Shown here piece after piece: positions 58,591-64,000 of a stretch of 64,000 bases of DNA. Position 1 is the first letter of the stretch. Every line of letters begins with the position of its first letter. The notes beneath the pieces are model-generated. The model made no database searches and was not told the origin of the DNA. It saw only the letters and a list, made by a program, of their open reading frames with translations. Origin of the DNA: Felis catus. Taxonomy: Eukaryota. The position numbers and the translations under genes are program-made. The stretch lies in the NCBI RefSeq assembly GCF_018350175.1, contig NC_058373.1, forward strand, positions 111,788,001-111,852,000, read 5' to 3'.

Positions 58591-59329
58591 TTGTTGAGTA
58601 ATCACACATTCTCCACTTTCTCCCTCTTAAATCCATTTGGAGCAATTCAGTTTAGCAAGCCTTAACTGAGTGCAATTGGCACAACTGTGTTAGGTGCATG
58701 GGATAAAAGAGGACTGGTATCCAGAGCTCCCTCTTGGAGCCCAAGCTTGAGGCCTTGGCTTCTTCCTCTCGCTCCTCCAGACCGTCCCGTCCACACTGAA
58801 GATTGGACTGGTGGGGCAGGAGTTAGGCTGAATTTCTGAAGTTCAGTAGTTAACTCTTCTGCAGACTTTCATGAAAGAAACAGGAGGAGAGGATCAAATA
58901 ATTTGAGGCAGATGAGGCATTACTGACTTTGCCCAACTCCACAGATCCGCAAGGAGCCACACAGCAGAGGGGTCTGGCTGCGGCCCCCCGTCCTAGGAAT
59001 GGACAGCACAGGCAGTAGCAACAAATTGATATTGATGCTGCCTTACTTCATGCCTTCCAGTGATAACCAGTATTTTGTTCCATTTGAAAAACGTGAGCTT
59101 TCCATAGGATGCCTACTTCAGAGTTCCATTTCCATGTCTTAACTGATGGCTTCTATGTCTATAGACTTCTATAGAACACAGACATGTAGCAGCCACAGGA
59201 GTCTGCTAACTGCTGGGCAGGAAATTCTTTCATTCTTTATAGATTCACTCAGACCTTGTGTTGATCTCATTTTGTGCCCTGATATTGTTCTGAAAGATAA
59301 TGTGCCGTAGCAGCAGGTATCAGTGAACT

Positions 59330-59550
59330 ATGCTCAGCAGGCCTGGGTCCTGACCAGCACCTGACCAGGTCGCTGTGTGACCTTAGACAAGTTACTTAAT
59401 ATCTCTGAGCCTTTTTCTCCCTCTGTTCATCTGCCAAATAGGAATCCTATTCCCTGCCATGCCGACCTTGCCAGGTTTCGGGAAAATTAAACTAAGGTGA
59501 TATATATGAGAAAGCATTTTGAAAAATGTAAAGTGCTATATAAAGGTAAA
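59330..59550 (+). mobile_element. MIR
   Basis: gctgtgtgaccttagacaagttacttaatatctctgagcc...gaaagcattttgaaaaatgtaaagtgctata. Confidence 0.85.
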
Positions 59551-60474
59551 GCACTACCTACTGAACCTCGGATTTTGTTCCAGCATAGCCATCTGGTTCT
59601 CGGGTCTTTTTTTTATTAGTCAATTTCCATTTTGCTTGTATTAGTTGGTGCTCAGACCTGTTAGTCACCCTTGGCATGGAGTTCTTCTATGTAAAGGGTA
59701 CCTCTTTGGTCTAGATAAACTCTTGTACTTTGGCATTTCACCATACGGCTACTTCCTCCGTGACCTTTTCCTTCCTTTGTTTCTTTTCAGGGTGTAGCAG
59801 ACCTTTTATCACCTGGACAGGATCCACGCAGGCAGCCTCCAAACCACATCAAGGGATTTTAATTTCCTCACGGCTTTGTTAGCATTTCACATTGTTACAG
59901 GTCAAAACACAAGGTTATTTACTAGGAATGAGAAATGTCAGTAATATGAATTATGGGAGCCCCATGATTTCCCTCCAGGTATTCAGAACAACACGCAGTG
60001 CCTATCATCCTAGTGAGCTTAGCATGGGCACTGACCTCCCCGGGATCTTGAGAATCATGTGCTTGACTAAGGTCCGATGAGAGGACAGCCATCCTAGGCT
60101 GGGAAATGCCAGTGCCTATTGGATTTGTTCAAGGAACCTCTTCCTGCAGGCTGCCATTTTGTTCAAGAAAATTCTGGAAGGTTCAAATTCTATTTCCTAG
60201 CCAATAAGGGAGGGGAATGAAGATATTTGTTCACTCATTCAAAAATCACCCATTTGTCTTCTTACTCCTTTGATGGTGAGCTCCTGCTGTGCAAATACTA
60301 ATGGGAGAGAATGTATATAGTGGTTTATGTTTTATCTTACCATCTGCTTCCTGTTTCTATCACCATAAACTTAGCAAAGAGCTGGGGTAAAGAAGGCCAT
60401 GATAAGGGAGGGAACCACAAGTTCTAAAGAAAAAAAAAGATGCTTTCAGTAACTGTCAGAAAAAGAACATTTTG

Positions 60475-60695
60475 GTTTTTTTTTTAATTTTTTTTTAATG
60501 TTTATTTATTTTTGAGAAGAGACAGGGAGCACTAACAGGCGAGGAACAGAGAGAGAGGGAGACACAGAATCCAAAGCAGGTTCCAGGCTCTGAGCTGTCA
60601 GCACAGAGCCCAATGCGGGGCTTGAACCCACGAACTGTGAGATCGTGACCTGAGCCAAAGTTGGATGCTTAACCAACTGAGCCACCCAGGCACCT
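60475..60695 (-). mobile_element. CAN-SINE
   Basis: Perfect 16-bp TSD gaaaaagaacattttg at 60459-60474 and 60696-60711. Confidence 0.97.
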
Positions 60696-60711
60696 GAAAA
60701 AGAACATTTTG

Positions 60712-61732
60712 AAACATCCCTTCTCCTGGCTTTTATGGCACCACCCTCTCCTTGTTTTTCTCCTTTTCTATCTCCTCTCCTTCTAAGCATTGGAGTGCCT
60801 CCGGGATACGTCCCAGGCCCCATTTTCTTTTCACCAAGAACGTCTCAGCTATTCTCATGGCTATAAATGCCTTCTCTGGGCCACCCCTTCTGTTTCCAAC
60901 CCCGATCTCTCTTCTGAGCTGCAGGCAAGTGTATCTACCCACTCACGTGACATGTCCACTTGGAAGAATCAAACCATCTCCAGCGTCACATGCCAACAGT
61001 GGAGATGTCTATTTTCTTCCCACGCCTGCATCTCCTCCGCATTTCCCCACTTTGGCAAAACCAGAAATCCGGGAAGCGGTCTTGGAGCTCCCCTCCCCCT
61101 CATCCTCACTCCCTCTACCACCTGTACTCTCCTCTCCAAGCTATGCAGGTCTCACTGTGCTCTTTCCGGAGCCCTGCAGTGGCCTACTAACGAAGCCTCC
61201 CCTCACTTCCTCTTGCCCCACCTCTCTGCAGGAAGAAACAGCAAGTGTGAGCTTTTAAAAATGAGAATTAGACCATAGTGCCTCCCTGTCTGAAAGGGCC
61301 TCCCTGCTGCATTCTAAATGGATGGCAAGCAGCTCCCAGACCTCACAGAGCAAAGCTTGGGCGTCTGGCCCTCCTGGCCACTCCCTCCTTCCTTACGCCA
61401 CTCACTCCACCTCAGCCCCCTCTGGCCCCCCTCAGGTGCCCAGGCAGGATCTTCACATAGGCACGTCCCTCTGCCTGGAATCTATCTGTTCTCCTTTTCT
61501 CTTAGACCAACTATCACTTCTCTGATATGCCTTGCTTTGCCTCTCTGTTTATTTATCTCCCTTGTTATTCTTCACAGCCCTTCCAATTTATAGTTATTAA
61601 CTTATATGTGAATTGCTATAATGTCTGCCCTCCTGTATACAAGATCCCTGAAGACAGGGATCATGCCCCACCCCACTTTTTTTGTACATGGCAGGAGTTC
61701 AATAAATAAATATTCATTTAATAAATAAATGC
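60712..61732 (+). mobile_element. L2 3' ~1 kb remnant
   Basis: caccaccctctccttgtttttctcc; ctcttctgagctgcag..gtatctacc..gacatgtccacttgga; ccctctgcctggaat; aagatccctgaagacagggatcatg..aataaata. Confidence 0.85.
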
Positions 61733-61962
61733 CCAAACTACACAAAACCAGCTATTTAAGTTGCAAAACATACACATTGTATCTATTCTTTGAGAGCATA
61801 AAGATTAAGAAACTAGTATTGCCCTTAAGCCTGATATAGAGTGACCTAGGGCCTGTGCTTTACAGACTACACTCCGGCCTCCCTCCAGTTGTGGCCCTTA
61901 CGAGGGGGTAAGGGGTCCACAGGGCCAACGGGACAGTCCTAAGGAGAGCGCCTGTCTCAGCC

Positions 61963-62150
61963 AACACGGCCAGTTTAGCAAATAAAAATACACGATGCAT
62001 AGTTAAATTTCAGCTTCAGATAAACAACCGCTCATTTTTTTAGTGTAAGTATGTCCTGTGCAATATTTGAGATATACTTACGCTAAAAAAATTCATGGTT
62101 CATCTGGAATTGAAGTTTGCCTAGATGTCCTCTATTTTATCGGCAGCCCT
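61963..62150. mobile_element. MER53 palindromic MITE
   Basis: gccagtttagcaaataaaaatac...ttcagataaacaac...tagtgtaagtatgtcc..gcaatatttgagatatactta..ctaaaaaa...tattttatcggcagccct. Confidence 0.92.
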
Positions 62151-62164
62151 TGCCCCAGCTTCCA

Positions 62165-62392
62165 GACCAAGTGTCTGCACATTATGGCCTGTGGACCGAA
62201 TCCAAGCTGCTACCTATTTTTGTAAATTAAGTTTTGTTGGAGCACAGCTACCCCCATTCATTTGCGTATTATCTATGACTGCTTTCGAGATACAGTGGCA
62301 AAGTTGAATAGCTTTCACAGAGACTGTATTGCCCACAAAGGCTAAAATATCTGCTATCTAATCCTTTACAGAAAAGCCAGTTGAATCTCTGT
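62165..62392 (+). mobile_element. MER58A-like hAT-Charlie element
   Basis: atggcctgtggaccgaatcc...ttttgtaaattaagttttgttggagcacagc...cccacaaaggctaaaatat..cctttacagaaaa. Confidence 0.85.
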
Positions 62393-62813
62393 TCTGGACC
62401 ATGCTCTGGGTAACCAGGGCCTCACAAGGGCCTACCCAACACCCCTGAGCCTACTTCCAGAGTGAGCAGACGTCTGGCCTCTGAGGGTGAGGGGCACAGA
62501 CTGTGGGTAGAGTGCAGGATGGAGCTGATCCTCTATGGAGGGAGGCTGGACGATGACCTTCCCCTGAGAGTTTGCTGTTTCTGCCCAGAACTCTGAGGAT
62601 CTCAGAATTCTAAATTTGCACCCAGTCTTCCATTTCATTCGGAAGATAAGTTTTTCAAGATAGGTAACAGATTATATTTACTTTGTGTATCAGACTGATT
62701 TAACTTTTAAATAGTGAAACACATGGCATGAAGACAGACCTCCTTTTGTCGCCTTGACCTGAGCTCCTCAAATATCAGATCTGTTTTAACAACCAAGGCA
62801 CAGAAATCATCAA

Positions 62814-62832
62814 TAGTGCCATCTTGTGGTGA
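62814..62832 (-). promoter_or_regulatory. Candidate CTCF site
   Basis: Minus strand reads tcaCCACAAGATGGCACTa, close to the CCACnAGRKGGCRC core. Confidence 0.5.
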
Positions 62833-63032
62833 GATCTACTACTACCATTTCTAAGCTGCCAAAGCTCCCCTAAACACTGGTCACCCACAGCTTAGCAGCT
62901 CTGCCTATGACAACAAGCAAAGTTCAAAATTATACCACTGAACCAATGGGGGTTCAGTGCTAAAATGCTTTATGAGACATTAAAGAGATACTAAATGATA
63001 TTCAGCATGATTTCCTTCTAACTTAGTAATTT

Positions 63033-63226
63033 TTTTAAGTGTTTATTTTTGAAAGAGATACAGAGCGTGAGCAGGGGAGGGGCAGAGAGAGAGGGAGGCA
63101 CAGAGTCCGAAGCAGGCTCCAGGCTCTTAGCATAAAGCCCGACGTGGGGCTCGAACCCAAGAACGGTGAGATCATGACCTGAGCCAAAGTCGTATGCTTA
63201 ACTGACTGAGCCACCCAGGCACCCCC
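63033..63226 (-). mobile_element. CAN-SINE
   Basis: Complete body in reverse; TSD-like tta(g/c)taattt flanks. Confidence 0.95.
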
Positions 63227-64000
63227 AAAATTACTAATTTGGGGTGGCCCACAATAATTTCTCACATTTGTACAGTGCTTTACAGTTTATAAAACATGTT
63301 CACACACAGCTTCTTAGCTGAGCCTTACAACCACGCTTTGGGTTGCCCTGAATACGGAAACTCTTAATGTCCATGACTTGCCCCAGCCTTTCTGGCAAGC
63401 CAAGGGTTGGTCTCATCATATTAGAGACATCTTGCTTTTAACCAGAATGGGGGCTAAGCAGAAAATCAATTTCCTTAACCATGAAGAGAACAGAAAGGTT
63501 ACATTTCAGCAAACTGGGACCTTGACGATGACTTTTTCTTAGTGCTCCCAGGCCTAGATAAGGGAAAAGTGGTTTCTGAAAGTATATCATAATCCTTCAA
63601 TAGCAGAGATTTGTGACAATTTTCTATTATTCACAACAAAGAGTATTTAGCAAGACTTGGTTCTCTGACATTTCCACTATTCCTCGAACAACTTTACAAA
63701 CTTCCTTCTCTGCTCTGCGGGCAGCAGGCCACAGGAGATACCGCAAAGCCGTGACCTTGAATCTGGGCCTGAGGGGTTAACCTTCACTGATGCCTCCACT
63801 GCAGCAGAGCCAGGGCGATCTGAGCCACTTGGAGGACTTTTAATTCCAATCTGTCAGAGATTAACATCTTGTCCAGAGATAGCTGTGAAGACAGGTTTCT
63901 CCCAACAACCCAGGGGTGAGCTAGGGATTTTACCGTCATTGGGGCTGACACACACAGCTGGATTTCACATTACATCTGGAAAGACACGGAGGAAATTGAG

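Noticed and set aside
60752..61278. Two overlapping 160-170 aa ORFs
   Set aside because: They lie within a decayed L2 with non-ATG starts and no intact RT motifs.
8865..63265. Many short ORFs sharing peptides such as SLEPASDSVSPSLS, GAWVAQSVK and ERERE
   Set aside because: They are translations of CAN-SINE copies, not a gene family.
1..64000. A novel multi-gene biological system
   Set aside because: No host genes or gene clusters are visible; nearly all structure is explained by known mammalian repeats, and the remaining leads need alignment or expression data.

Overview
Non-coding mammalian DNA, almost certainly from a cat (Felidae/feliform): it carries 22 CAN-SINE copies of the SINEC_Fc type. 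I find no credible host protein-coding exon, RNA gene, CRISPR array or prokaryote-type system. The only ORF-track entries with recognisable protein similarity are dead transposon remnants: a hAT/Charlie transposase C-terminal dimerisation segment (14944-15147, -) and an L1 ORF2 C-terminal piece (43180-43383, +). The window is a mosaic of SINEs (CAN-SINE, MIR), LINEs (L1, L2, CR1/L3), LTR elements (MLT1, MER74A, a ~4.5 kb ERV1 MER4/MER34-group-like internal region), hAT DNA transposons (Charlie1/4, MER3, MER58, MER53, Zaphod-like) and microsatellites. Repeat-poor, homeodomain-motif-rich blocks lie between them and look like distal enhancers, as in a gene desert or large intron. Best leads: (1) a TTAA-rich direct/inverted/direct micro-triplication with overlapping perfect palindromes at 1173-1239; (2) a ~6.4 kb composite of hAT-like termini, a diverged ~450 bp direct-repeat pair and an ERV-like interior at 6680-13050; (3) a strong orientation bias of CAN-SINEs (19 of 22 on -, 17 in a row); (4) a MER53 hairpin resembling miR-1302; (5) several enhancer/CTCF candidates. 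Family names come from my recall of consensus sequences, not from a database search, and boundaries of old repeats are approximate. I cannot support a claim of a new biological system here.
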